DNA of 64,000 bases from a virus (taxonomy: Duplodnaviria; Caudoviricetes), in IMG/VR virus record IMGVR_UViG_3300046522_000316, positions 192,001 to 256,000 of that record; one strand, written 5' to 3'. Numbering within the stretch: the stretch's first letter is position 1; each line of letters begins with the position of its first letter. The notes under the pieces are model-generated. The model had not been told where the DNA came from. It did no database searches and saw only the letters and a list, made by a program, of their open reading frames with translations. Below are positions 46,686-55,142 of the stretch, piece after piece. The position numbers and the translations under genes were made by a program.

Positions 46686-47492
46686 TTAGATTTTGGTTTC
46701 TTGCGCTGCCAGTTCGGCAAAGCGAGAGTCGATGGTGCAGAGATATTTCAAGATGCGTTTCGGGAAATTCAGAACCGAAACCGCACCGCTGTAGATTTCA
46801 TGCGACGACGATTGACCGCTGTTCATGTCGTGGAAGAACAGGAGTTCGCCAACCGTCATTTTGTAATAACGAGTGTGGCCGTAATTTGGCACACGCTCTT
46901 GCAGACGTTTCCACGCTGCATCCGAACCACGCCCAAGCATGAGCAATTCGAATTCGTTTTTGCTTACAACGGTCAACACATGCACGTTGCCGAAACGGGT
47001 CACGGTGTTTTCGAACCAGCGCGCACGGAATTCCTGATCAACAAGGGCCTGCACATATTCAACGCGCTCGCCGGTTTCGTCAGCGATGATTGCCATTTGC
47101 TCGGCGGTAGGAATAAACGTGCCGTTGTGGCGGAACAATTGTTCGCGCAGGCTCGGCAGTGGCAACGATTTAAACGTTTCCACATACAGGTTCACAAAGT
47201 CGGTGAACGGTGTCGCGGTTTCCGCTTCGTCGAAATACTCGCCAACCTGATAAACGTGCGGACGTTCAACGCGGGTTTTCTTTCCACGGATAAGCCATTG
47301 CTTGGCAACGCCCAACTGGCGAACGTCGAGCATTGTCCAAACATTCGGGCACGCCTGATTAAAAAGCAGGTCGGCTTCCTCACGGGACAACGCAATTACG
47401 TGCGCTTCCATTTTCTTCACCACGGTATCCAACACGGTGAAAATGTAGTGGAACGAATAAAGCGGGCTAGTAGTACGTGCATTTGCAGCCAT
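46686..47492 (-). CDS. Hypothetical protein
   Basis: gagg RBS. Confidence 0.65.
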   Translation of the reverse strand: MAANARTTSPLYSFHYIFTVLDTVVKKMEAHVIALSREEADLLFNQACPNVWTMLDVRQLGVAKQWLIRGKKTRVERPHVYQVGEYFDEAETATPFTDFVNLYVETFKSLPLPSLREQLFRHNGTFIPTAEQMAIIADETGERVEYVQALVDQEFRARWFENTVTRFGNVHVLTVVSKNEFELLMLGRGSDAAWKRLQERVPNYGHTRYYKMTVGELLFFHDMNSGQSSSHEIYSGAVSVLNFPKRILKYLCTIDSRFAELAAQETKI

Positions 47493-47511
47493 TGATGAAA
47501 CCTCGTAGGGG

Positions 47512-47763
47512 CTAGTAGAAACACAAAAGAAGAAACAGCAAACCGAACATCACCATATTGGCGCGTTCGACTTTGGCAGTGCTTGGATCGGTAGCGCGTC
47601 CAACAAAGAACAGCGCAACCACACAAACCAGAAAACCGATGATACCAATCACAGCGTGCGCCGTTGGAATGCGTAACGCAGTTCCAAACAGCACTATAAG
47701 CAGCCCCACAAAACCATAGTGGGGGCGCATCCATACAGCGTGCCTAGCTTTCATTGTACCCAT
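47512..47763 (-). CDS. Small three-TM membrane protein
   Basis: aaggga RBS; highly hydrophobic. Confidence 0.6.
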   Translation of the reverse strand: MGTMKARHAVWMRPHYGFVGLLIVLFGTALRIPTAHAVIGIIGFLVCVVALFFVGRATDPSTAKVERANMVMFGLLFLLLCFY

Positions 47764-47771
47764 CGAAACTT

Positions 47772-47871
47772 CCCTTAATCCGTGAGGGTTGTATGACCGG
47801 GCAGCGAATGCCCAGCCGCCATACTGGCATCGCTAGGCGTCCGGTGTCAAGTTCTCCACGCGGATCAAGGG
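47772..47871 (-). promoter_or_regulatory. Inverted-repeat-bounded element with sigma70-like promoter and internal hairpin (candidate structured leader/ncRNA)
   Basis: cccttgatccg/cggattaaggg arms; TTGACA (47845-47850), 18-nt spacer, TGcCAGTAT; gtatggc..tgggca-ttcgc-tgcccg..gtcatac hairpin. Confidence 0.55.
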
Positions 47872-47898
47872 TTTAGGCTCTGAAGCTGCTGTAGGGCG

Positions 47899-48357
47899 TT
47901 AGGCGTCGTTGGCCTCGGCAAGCAGGGCCGCGACCTTCGCCAGCTTCACGGCTTCGTGCTGCTCGGGCGACATGATAGAGGCCAACCCGGCGTCGATATC
48001 GAACCACTGGCGTTTGCGCAGTTCGAACTCTTCCCAATTCACATACGACAGGAAAGAGGCGCGATAGAAAATCTCACGCTGAATCTTTTCGTCGTGCGTC
48101 TCGGTTGCCGGGTAATGCAAAACTTCGTCGTAAATCTTTTCGTGCAGTTGAATGCCGACGCCTGCCTCTTCCGCATATTCCTTCTTGGCGTTTTCTTCTG
48201 GCGTCAAACCTTCTTCGACGCCACCTTTCGGCAAAACCCACAGGCCGGGGAATTTCAAAGACGTGACCAACATCACTTTCGAAATGGTGTTATCCAGCAT
48301 CACGGCGCCGGAAGTGGTGCGGGTGTAATTCAGGTTTTCAGATTTTTGAACGAACAT
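47899..48357 (-). CDS. Nudix hydrolase (DIPP/Ap4A-like)
   Basis: WVLPKGGVEEGLTPEENAKKEYAEEAGV; RKRQWF. Confidence 0.9.
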   Translation of the reverse strand: MFVQKSENLNYTRTTSGAVMLDNTISKVMLVTSLKFPGLWVLPKGGVEEGLTPEENAKKEYAEEAGVGIQLHEKIYDEVLHYPATETHDEKIQREIFYRASFLSYVNWEEFELRKRQWFDIDAGLASIMSPEQHEAVKLAKVAALLAEANDA

Positions 48358-48382
48358 GCGTGTTCCTTAAATGGTCAGCGAA

Positions 48383-48625
48383 TTAATAGCGTGCGGAATT
48401 TTGGCGTGCGGCCTGCGCCAGCATCACAAGGTTTTCCAGATCGTCGAAACCTTGCCAACCTTTGCCGTTGTGAATTTCCATACCGGCCACCACGTCAGTT
48501 TTGCACACGTGGTCAGAAAGATCAGAGCGGTACGATTCCTCGGATTCGTTTTCGTGCGGGGCGCGGAAGCCGTACATTTGTGCAGCGCCTGCCAACTGCG
48601 TCATATCTTTGAATTTGGTACGCAT
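48383..48625 (-). CDS. Small hypothetical protein
   Basis: TAATG coupling. Confidence 0.6.
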   Translation of the reverse strand: MRTKFKDMTQLAGAAQMYGFRAPHENESEESYRSDLSDHVCKTDVVAGMEIHNGKGWQGFDDLENLVMLAQAARQNSARY

Positions 48626-49368
48626 TATTTTTCCTCCCGTGGAACCATAAGGTAAGTCATGTCGGAACCGAATACGGAACCGAACAAATCCATCAAACGC
48701 TGGTCAACCGTGAACTTCAGATCGAAGTTATCGAAATCGACGCGGATTGTGTAGGCGCGTGCCGTCATGTGGTGCCACACCATGAGGAAATGTTCGTCCT
48801 CACTGGTATTTTCAGGCGGTATATAAAGTTCACCACGGCCATACGCAACACGCTGTGCGTATGCGTTATGTGTAACCCGCTGAAACAGATCGTGAACCAA
48901 AAGGCGACAGCGCTGAATTTCAAACTGATCATCGACCGGGTGTGCGCCTTGCAGCGTTTTCGCGATAGTGAATTTCAGTTCCGTTTCGTAGTAATGCACG
49001 AACGTTTTGATAATGGTCGCCATGCCCATAAGGTCGAGCAACCCAACGTCACCGGGATAACCCCAGTGAACAATTGGCCCACGGCCCGGAATCAAATACA
49101 GCAGCGAGTAACCGTTATGAAAAAGCCGATCACGATCATCTGCCGTCACGTATTCGAACTGCATGTTTAGATTCGGACGTGCAGGCACAAACGGTTCACG
49201 TGCAGTTCGTAGCCAGTCTTCGACCATTGCCTTCACAATAAAATGCGAATACTGCTTGGGCTTGGATGCGCAATAAATCATTGCGTGATTAATTTTCGCG
49301 TTAGGCTGGGTGCAGGCGTCTTTATCAAACGTCAAACTGAATTTCGGAATAGCACGTTGTAAAATCAC
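48625..49368 (-). CDS. Hypothetical protein
   Basis: ORF track. Confidence 0.65.
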   Translation of the reverse strand: MILQRAIPKFSLTFDKDACTQPNAKINHAMIYCASKPKQYSHFIVKAMVEDWLRTAREPFVPARPNLNMQFEYVTADDRDRLFHNGYSLLYLIPGRGPIVHWGYPGDVGLLDLMGMATIIKTFVHYYETELKFTIAKTLQGAHPVDDQFEIQRCRLLVHDLFQRVTHNAYAQRVAYGRGELYIPPENTSEDEHFLMVWHHMTARAYTIRVDFDNFDLKFTVDQRLMDLFGSVFGSDMTYLMVPREEK

Positions 49369-49751
49369 AGCAGCCCCTTTTCAATCAAATAGTCTTCGAT
49401 TGCTTCACGTGCAACCCGGTCAATTTGTTTTGCGCGTCGGCCTTTCTTCGCCAGTTTCATTTTCTCATGGCGTTTTTTCATCAGCCGATCATGCAGCACC
49501 ATTCCAGCAACCCAACCGGCCCCAGCGCCTACGCAACTGAAAAGCGAGTAATACGGGTTTTCCATCTTGAGTGCAGCAACGCCAATCGTCAGCATAATAA
49601 TCAATTCGCAGGCGCTCATTGCAGACCCGCCACAAAATGCCATGATCTTGTGACCGCCTGAAGCTGCCTTGCTCTGCATTCCACGCAAAAGAGTAGTGAC
49701 GAATAAAACACCACTCATGGACAATACAGTTGTCGCCATGTGCCAATCCAC
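49365..49751 (-). CDS. Three-TM membrane protein
   Basis: Hydrophobic helices; GAGAGW.AGM.LH. Confidence 0.65.
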   Translation of the reverse strand: MDWHMATTVLSMSGVLFVTTLLRGMQSKAASGGHKIMAFCGGSAMSACELIIMLTIGVAALKMENPYYSLFSCVGAGAGWVAGMVLHDRLMKKRHEKMKLAKKGRRAKQIDRVAREAIEDYLIEKGLL

Positions 49752-50296
49752 TACGATGTTGCCCCCATTTTTTCAAGTGCAAAACGCATCGTGGTATCAG
49801 TAACCAAGCTGCTCACTTTCACCGTGTCAGCAGCGCTAGATTTTTCCAGCGAAACGATTGCCGGGAATTTGGTATCATCCAGCGTGACGGCCAGCGGGAA
49901 ATCCAAACGCACTCGGCCATGGCCGGGAATACGGGCAACCTTGCGCGCAGCGGTGTACACACCCGCCATCGAACGAACCAGCCACAGGTTTTTATGCAGG
50001 TGTTCGTATTGATCGTGGTCGGGACTATCGAATTCGATTGAAACACTATTTTTGTGCGGCTGCATTTGCTGCACAGCGTCGATCATTTGTTGGTCGGTGT
50101 AAAACTTCAGATCGTAAGTGAGTTTTTTCCGACTCTCACAAATCTGCATCCACCATTGCACATCGGTGCCGGTTTCTTCCGGATAACTGCCGGTAAACTC
50201 GAATGGGCAATCTGCGCCCAAACCACTATAGGCCCTGACAAGACGCGGGATATCCGAGCGGTTGCGCACCGGAAATATATTACGCTTGCTTTCCAT
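49751..50296 (-). CDS. Hypothetical protein
   Basis: aaggaaga RBS. Confidence 0.65.
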   Translation of the reverse strand: MESKRNIFPVRNRSDIPRLVRAYSGLGADCPFEFTGSYPEETGTDVQWWMQICESRKKLTYDLKFYTDQQMIDAVQQMQPHKNSVSIEFDSPDHDQYEHLHKNLWLVRSMAGVYTAARKVARIPGHGRVRLDFPLAVTLDDTKFPAIVSLEKSSAADTVKVSSLVTDTTMRFALEKMGATS

Positions 50297-50305
50297 TGTT
50301 CTTCC

Positions 50306-50887
50306 TTAGATCATTTTCGATTGAATTGAGTAGGTGCCTTCGCCGGTCGTCTCGAAGAATGTTGCGTTCAAAATTGCGCGTTGCAAATCGCGATACACAC
50401 CGGCCCGCCATGCTGCGTAATTGTCCGGCTTCGAATCCGGGTGAAATTGCAGACGGCGTTTTTCTTGTTCGTCAAACTCGAACAATTCTTGCGCAATCAT
50501 GTTGTCGATCATGTCCAGCAGCGTGCGCAGTTCGCGCTCTTCCAGAAGCCCGTTCGCCACCATGTCGAAGTGTACCGAAACCCAACCGTCATCCAGATAG
50601 GCGCCGAGTTTCGAACACGCATGCATGCACATCCGTTTCGATTTTTTCCAGAATTCACGCGGTGCGTTTCCATCACCGATGTACTCGACTTGCGAAGCGC
50701 GGTAGCAGAACCGGGCAGCAGGCATAAAAACTTCTTGGCGGAAGAATTCGCGCAGTTCCTGTACCTGCTGATCCTTCGCCCGGATCTTGTTGAAACGTTC
50801 GTGAATGAAATGCGAAGGGAATCGGAAAATCACAGCGTGTTCGTGCTTGGATAGCATTTTCACCAGCCGATCATTTTTATCGAACAT
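50306..50887 (-). CDS. Hypothetical protein
   Basis: TAATG coupling. Confidence 0.65.
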   Translation of the reverse strand: MFDKNDRLVKMLSKHEHAVIFRFPSHFIHERFNKIRAKDQQVQELREFFRQEVFMPAARFCYRASQVEYIGDGNAPREFWKKSKRMCMHACSKLGAYLDDGWVSVHFDMVANGLLEERELRTLLDMIDNMIAQELFEFDEQEKRRLQFHPDSKPDNYAAWRAGVYRDLQRAILNATFFETTGEGTYSIQSKMI

Positions 50888-51231
50888 TACTTGTTCCCCA
50901 GCTGCGCTTCGAGTGCTTTCCGCTGTTCGATGGAATCACGATACGTCCGGTACTTGTGCGCCAGATTATCGTTACCCGGTTTCAGACACGACATGCGGCC
51001 CTGTGAATCGCTGCTGATATAGCAAACCACATTCGCCTCTGAATCGTAAAAGCGGGTCATGTCAGAGATACCCGACCCATGGTTGAAAAACTCAATCATG
51101 AACGGCGATTGTTCGACGAACTTATTGGTTTTGGTTTCTGCTTCGGCACGCGGAGAGTTCACGAAGTTCAGCGTCAGCGCCGTGACGATCATTGCGGAAA
51201 TCAGCGAAAGGTTTCGGTAGTCGTGTCGCAT
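50887..51231 (-). CDS. Exported protein with signal peptide
   Basis: Signal peptide ending AEA; D....VVCY......MSC. Confidence 0.6.
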   Translation of the reverse strand: MRHDYRNLSLISAMIVTALTLNFVNSPRAEAETKTNKFVEQSPFMIEFFNHGSGISDMTRFYDSEANVVCYISSDSQGRMSCLKPGNDNLAHKYRTYRDSIEQRKALEAQLGNK

Positions 51232-51695
51232 TAATTTGCCCCATCCAGAATTTGAGCTTTGATCATGTCAAGAATACGATCCACGAAATCTGCGTGATCG
51301 CATGCCTCTTTCACCGTCGAGAATTTAGTGCCCAGTGACAACCCGTGCGGCAACCGGGCTTTTTCCAAATCGAAACCGCCGACGATCCGCACGTACCAAT
51401 CACCGTGCCAATAAACACGCGTCCAATCACTTACACGGTTGCGCTCACTGCGAACGGTCACGCCACGAATCGGAGTAATGTCACCGTGTTCGATGTGGTG
51501 CTGAATTAGATAATCACGAACCGGCACAAAAACATTTACATCAACGACCGTTTCTACTTTTACACCAACGAGCTTCCCGCAACACTCGCTGATAAAAGCC
51601 GGGGCTGTATAGTGCAGCAATTTCTGGTTGCAGTACGGGCACTTCAGAAGATCGGGGGTCATTCGGTTTCGCTTCCACTTTGGTAAGCGCGCCAC
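51231..51695 (-). CDS. Zn-ribbon protein
   Basis: CPYC...CC; start uncertain (possibly MTPD). Confidence 0.55.
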   Translation of the reverse strand: MARLPKWKRNRMTPDLLKCPYCNQKLLHYTAPAFISECCGKLVGVKVETVVDVNVFVPVRDYLIQHHIEHGDITPIRGVTVRSERNRVSDWTRVYWHGDWYVRIVGGFDLEKARLPHGLSLGTKFSTVKEACDHADFVDRILDMIKAQILDGAN

Positions 51696-51789
51696 AATAA
51701 ACGCAGCGCATTTTTAATTCCGAGGTCAGGAACATCGCCTGTAATTCCGGCGAGCAAAACAAGCCACGGCTACATCGTCGGCAATTCAT
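51541..51789 (-). CDS. Possible small Zn-finger protein overlapping the previous gene
   Basis: CRRC...CVYC; ATGA-coupled to the upstream gene. Confidence 0.4.
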   Translation of the reverse strand: MNCRRCSRGLFCSPELQAMFLTSELKMRCVYCGALTKVEAKPNDPRSSEVPVLQPEIAALYSPGFYQRVLREARWCKSRNGR

Positions 51790-52037
51790 GAGCGGTGCGC
51801 AGAACCGTCGAGTTCACCGGCACGCTTGAATTGATGAATCAAAAACTTTTCAGCAGATTCCAGTTCGGCACGAACCTGATTATCCCGCTGATCCAGAAGA
51901 CGTTTACGTGCCTCATGGAAGTTTTGGTAGCGCAGTGCTTTCGAAAGATGTTCCTGCGCGTTCGCCAATTGAACACCGGTAATCCGACGCACACGCCGGG
52001 CCACGGCTTTGAAGAGTTCCAGTGCGTTGTCATTCAT
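51786..52037 (-). CDS. Small helical protein (glyoxalase-superfamily-associated N-terminal domain-like)
   Basis: ARR....G.QLA.A.E.LSKAL.YQNFH. Confidence 0.55.
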   Translation of the reverse strand: MNDNALELFKAVARRVRRITGVQLANAQEHLSKALRYQNFHEARKRLLDQRDNQVRAELESAEKFLIHQFKRAGELDGSAHRS

Positions 52038-52311
52038 TTGAAATCAGGCCCAAACGTTTTGCGACTTCGTTGAATTCTTTCAGGTGTTTGTCGTTGTTCA
52101 CCAGAACAGATTGGTGCTGCTGAATTTTCGATTCGTGGGACTTGATGGCGATCAGGCACCCGGCGATATCATGCAGCTGCGTGTAACCACGTTTACCGCT
52201 AGGCGCAACGCCGATCAATTTGCAAACACGCACATACAATTCGTGTTCTGCATCTGCCGCTTTTTGAACAAGGCCGCGTGCCGTATCCAGATCCATAGCT
52301 TTGCCGATCAT
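52030..52311 (-). CDS. Hypothetical protein
   Basis: TAATG coupling to the small upstream ORF. Confidence 0.55.
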   Translation of the reverse strand: MIGKAMDLDTARGLVQKAADAEHELYVRVCKLIGVAPSGKRGYTQLHDIAGCLIAIKSHESKIQQHQSVLVNNDKHLKEFNEVAKRLGLISNE

Positions 52312-52481
52312 TAGCAGGTAATCCGTGGTGGTGTGATAAGGGTTTCGTGACCGCAACCGGGGCACACGTGGCGGTACTGCATACCACGCGGAATTACCAT
52401 GCCGGTTGGTGGCCGGTGCGACAGGTTAAAGCACGGCTCTTTGTATTCCGGAATAGGCTCGAAGCCTGACTGCTTTTTCAT
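52311..52481 (-). CDS. Small Zn-ribbon protein (56 aa, not in ORF track)
   Basis: ggag/aggga RBS; MKKQSGFEPIPEYKEPCFNLSHRPPTGMVIPRGMQYRHVCPGCGHETLITPPRITC. Confidence 0.65.
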   Translation of the reverse strand: MKKQSGFEPIPEYKEPCFNLSHRPPTGMVIPRGMQYRHVCPGCGHETLITPPRITC

Positions 52482-52493
52482 TGTCCCTACTCC

Positions 52494-52508
52494 AAATTTA
52501 CAGTTTTT
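52494..52508 (-). promoter_or_regulatory. AAAAACTGTAAATTT motif variant
   Basis: Overlaps the K-L-stop end of 52498-52956. Confidence 0.5.
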
Positions 52509-52956
52509 CTTCGAACTGCGGCACCGGATAAACCATGTGCATCGCGTCTTCGAAAAGTATAGGGTTCAGCGCCCGTGACTTGACGATAGGCGGAATGCGG
52601 ACGATTGCGGCCCAGTGGGCGTTACCCTGCACGTCCACGATAAAACCCTGCTGTTGAATGTACAGATCGACGCGCTGTTGCCAGTCCTTCAGCGTTTCGC
52701 TTTTTGCACGCTTCAATTCTTTTTCTTTACCGGCGAGTTCCCACCGCTGATCGGGGTCAATTTTCAACTCGGGGGCATCGTGCAAATCGCTTTTGTGGAA
52801 CGCGTCATACACAGCGGTACGATGGTCGGAACGTTTGTGATTAAAACGCAGAGTCACTTCCTGCGTCCGAACCGTCTGCATGAATTCTGACAACCGCTCA
52901 AACGAAAGCGGGTCGCGACCATCCGTGTTAATGATCAAGGTGTCGATTGCTTTCAT
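52498..52956 (-). CDS. Hypothetical protein
   Basis: aaggga RBS before MKAID. Confidence 0.6.
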   Translation of the reverse strand: MKAIDTLIINTDGRDPLSFERLSEFMQTVRTQEVTLRFNHKRSDHRTAVYDAFHKSDLHDAPELKIDPDQRWELAGKEKELKRAKSETLKDWQQRVDLYIQQQGFIVDVQGNAHWAAIVRIPPIVKSRALNPILFEDAMHMVYPVPQFEEKL

Positions 52957-52957
52957 T

Positions 52958-53419
52958 TTAAACGTCCCTTTCCGCAAAGTTTTGTTTCGGGAGAACGCCA
53001 CCGGTAAACACGCAGGTCAGTAGGTCGGGAACCTCTTCCATAATGCCCGGCAAATATTTGTTGAAGTCTACGCAATGCAGCACACGCAATTTGTTGTAGG
53101 CGTCACGGCTGCGCGCATTGTGGGAAATCTGGAACCGGGTGATTGCCGAATCAATTTCGCAAATATCAATCCAGCCCTTGTTGAACATGGTGTCCACTTT
53201 GGCAACCAGATTTGTCAGCGCCTGCATTTGCCAAACGTCATCCATATTTTCCGGTTCAGGAAATACGATCAGGTCTGTGATTTTCTGCTTACGGAAAACG
53301 CGGATGCTCGGCGCTTCCTGACGGGAAGACTGTTGCGAAATGTGCGCCATCGCGGTCGATGCAGAAGGTGTGCTGTCCGTGTCTTTTACACGGGTGATTG
53401 AAAGTCCTAAGAAATTCAT
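52958..53419 (-). CDS. Hypothetical protein
   Basis: ORF track. Confidence 0.65.
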   Translation of the reverse strand: MNFLGLSITRVKDTDSTPSASTAMAHISQQSSRQEAPSIRVFRKQKITDLIVFPEPENMDDVWQMQALTNLVAKVDTMFNKGWIDICEIDSAITRFQISHNARSRDAYNKLRVLHCVDFNKYLPGIMEEVPDLLTCVFTGGVLPKQNFAERDV

Positions 53420-53778
53420 TTGTTAAGCCCCTGTACGATTTCCACGATGTTGACGCCGTAGTGATTCACGTCACGAATTGCAATGTCGAACAATTCCTGT
53501 TCGGTCGGCGCACGTTCAGGCATCGGAGGATTTCGCAGCAGTTGCATACGCTGTTCGATATCGTCGATATTCCGTTTCATTTGCTGCACACAACTCGAAC
53601 CGTGTTCAACGTCCAAGAAACCATCGAACATACTTGGGCCACGTTGACCGACAGCACCACAGCCCGGCAAATTGGAATACAGGTTGTCCAGCACCCTTTG
53701 GCGCTGGTCGCGGTGTGCCGTAAGCTTGCGATAAATACCTTCCAGCACTTTCACTTTTTCGTAATTCGTCAACGACAT
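53416..53778 (-). CDS. Coiled-coil hypothetical protein
   Basis: Start moved to MSLTN. Confidence 0.6.
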   Translation of the reverse strand: MSLTNYEKVKVLEGIYRKLTAHRDQRQRVLDNLYSNLPGCGAVGQRGPSMFDGFLDVEHGSSCVQQMKRNIDDIEQRMQLLRNPPMPERAPTEQELFDIAIRDVNHYGVNIVEIVQGLNK

Positions 53779-53779
53779 T

Positions 53780-54031
53780 TCACGATCCTTTTTGCATGCG
53801 TGCGGCTCTTTTCGATTGCCCTGCACGGTCACGCCGAGATTGGTTTAAAAGCGGCCACTGCACATCGAGGAATTTACACGCCTCGTAGAATTTACGCCGG
53901 TCGTATCCGAGGATTTCGGCAGCGTGCGTTCTGCTGTGTCCAGTAGCCGCAAGTTCCCTGCACTTAGTTACAAGGCAGTCCGTTTTTTCCAGTTGCGTTT
54001 TGGTTTGTATGACCGGTATTTCTGTTTGCAT
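53780..54031 (-). CDS. Small HTH-like protein
   Basis: ELAATGHSRTHAAEILG. Confidence 0.45.
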   Translation of the reverse strand: MQTEIPVIQTKTQLEKTDCLVTKCRELAATGHSRTHAAEILGYDRRKFYEACKFLDVQWPLLNQSRRDRAGQSKRAARMQKGS

Positions 54032-54101
54032 ATCGCGTACACCGTAACGGCCAGCGGCAGGCAATTCATGAACACCATGAAAAGAATAAACAACGTCTTC
54101 A

Positions 54102-54347
54102 CTATTCGCTCACTACCAGCTGAAGGTCATAGCCAAGATTCGCGCAGAACATCAGGATGCGGGCGAGCGGCACTTGGCCCCGGCCCGTGATGATCCCGTG
54201 CAAATCAATTTCGGAAATTTTGTACAACTTGCAAAGTTCTGGCGCTTTCATTCCGAGCTTTGCGAGTTTCGCTTGGATTGCTGCAACCGCCTGATCGCGG
54301 ATATCGTCTACAGCGATTTGGCCTCGGTCGAGGTTTGGCTTGGGCAT
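54102..54347 (-). CDS. XRE-family HTH protein
   Basis: LGMKAPELCKLYKISE..LHGIITGR....LARIL.FC..LGY. Confidence 0.7.
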   Translation of the reverse strand: MPKPNLDRGQIAVDDIRDQAVAAIQAKLAKLGMKAPELCKLYKISEIDLHGIITGRGQVPLARILMFCANLGYDLQLVVSE

Positions 54348-54694
54348 TTCGTTCCCCGTAAATCAATGAGTAGTTGGCGGCGCGCTTGCTCCACCGTAAT
54401 GTTACTCATTTTATTTACAGTATCCAATTCGATGCGCAGTTCCTTGATCAGTTCGCGCAGTTCCCAATTGTGATGTTCGATTGGCTGACCACCGATGTTA
54501 ATGCGTGGCTTGGGCGTGCTGTAGATCGTGCCCGGCATGCGTAGAGCATCGTATTCTTCCGGTGCGATGATATCGACAACCTGTGCGCGGTCGCTGTTCA
54601 GGTAGCGTTCGAAACCTTCGGCCTTCAGCAAAAGATTTTTGATGCGCTCGGCCTGTGTAAGCAGCATCCCATTTTCGTCACGTTTTTCAGTCAT
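54308..54694 (-). CDS. Hypothetical protein
   Basis: ORF track; contains an internal ACTGTAAATA motif at 54412-54421. Confidence 0.6.
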   Translation of the reverse strand: MTEKRDENGMLLTQAERIKNLLLKAEGFERYLNSDRAQVVDIIAPEEYDALRMPGTIYSTPKPRINIGGQPIEHHNWELRELIKELRIELDTVNKMSNITVEQARRQLLIDLRGTKCPSQTSTEAKSL

Positions 54695-55142
54695 TGGTCG
54701 GGTGCCCCAACGCAGTCCACAAAAAGTACGCAGGTTTTTCTGCTTGTTCTACCGAACGAACGTTCCAGTTCGATTGGAACGTACCCAGTTCAATACCGGC
54801 ATTGACGTTCTGGTAACTGACCGTCGCGTGGAACATGAAACGCGGCATGGAACCATCACGCGGATAGCCCGGAATGCGGAACATATTCGACACGCTTACC
54901 ACGATGGAATATGCACGAACTTTCTCACCGAACAATTCCTGATAAACGCGTTTGTGCAGCGAGTGTGGGTAGTCGCCGGTTTCGAAAGGACGCATATCGC
55001 GCCACGTGTAACCCGCATCGCTGAATGCCAGAAAGATCGGATCGTTTACCAGACCGTTAGGCAGATTGCTTGCGCTTTTTGCTGTTGGATCGGGCACGAC
55101 GTGACTTACGTTCCGGCTCAAATTCTGATTCGACTGGTTCAT
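54687..55142 (-). CDS. Hypothetical protein
   Basis: ORF track; overlaps the upstream gene by 86 nt. Confidence 0.55.
   Translation of the reverse strand: MNQSNQNLSRNVSHVVPDPTAKSASNLPNGLVNDPIFLAFSDAGYTWRDMRPFETGDYPHSLHKRVYQELFGEKVRAYSIVVSVSNMFRIPGYPRDGSMPRFMFHATVSYQNVNAGIELGTFQSNWNVRSVEQAEKPAYFLWTALGHPTND

Noticed and set aside
47464-47518. Direct repeat gggctagtag (two copies, 45 nt apart)
   Set aside because: Only 10 nt and two copies, one inside a CDS; compatible with chance
47845-47880. HDV-like ribozyme on the plus strand (ttc-TCCACGC-gga resembles P3/L3)
   Set aside because: I could not build a consistent P1/P1.1/P2/P4, and the main stem pairs better on the minus strand
53968-54102. 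44-aa hydrophobic ORF (MKTLFILFMVFMNCLPLAV...) coupled to the XRE gene
   Set aside because: Overlaps the HTH-like 53780-54031 ORF; I cannot decide which is real from sequence alone
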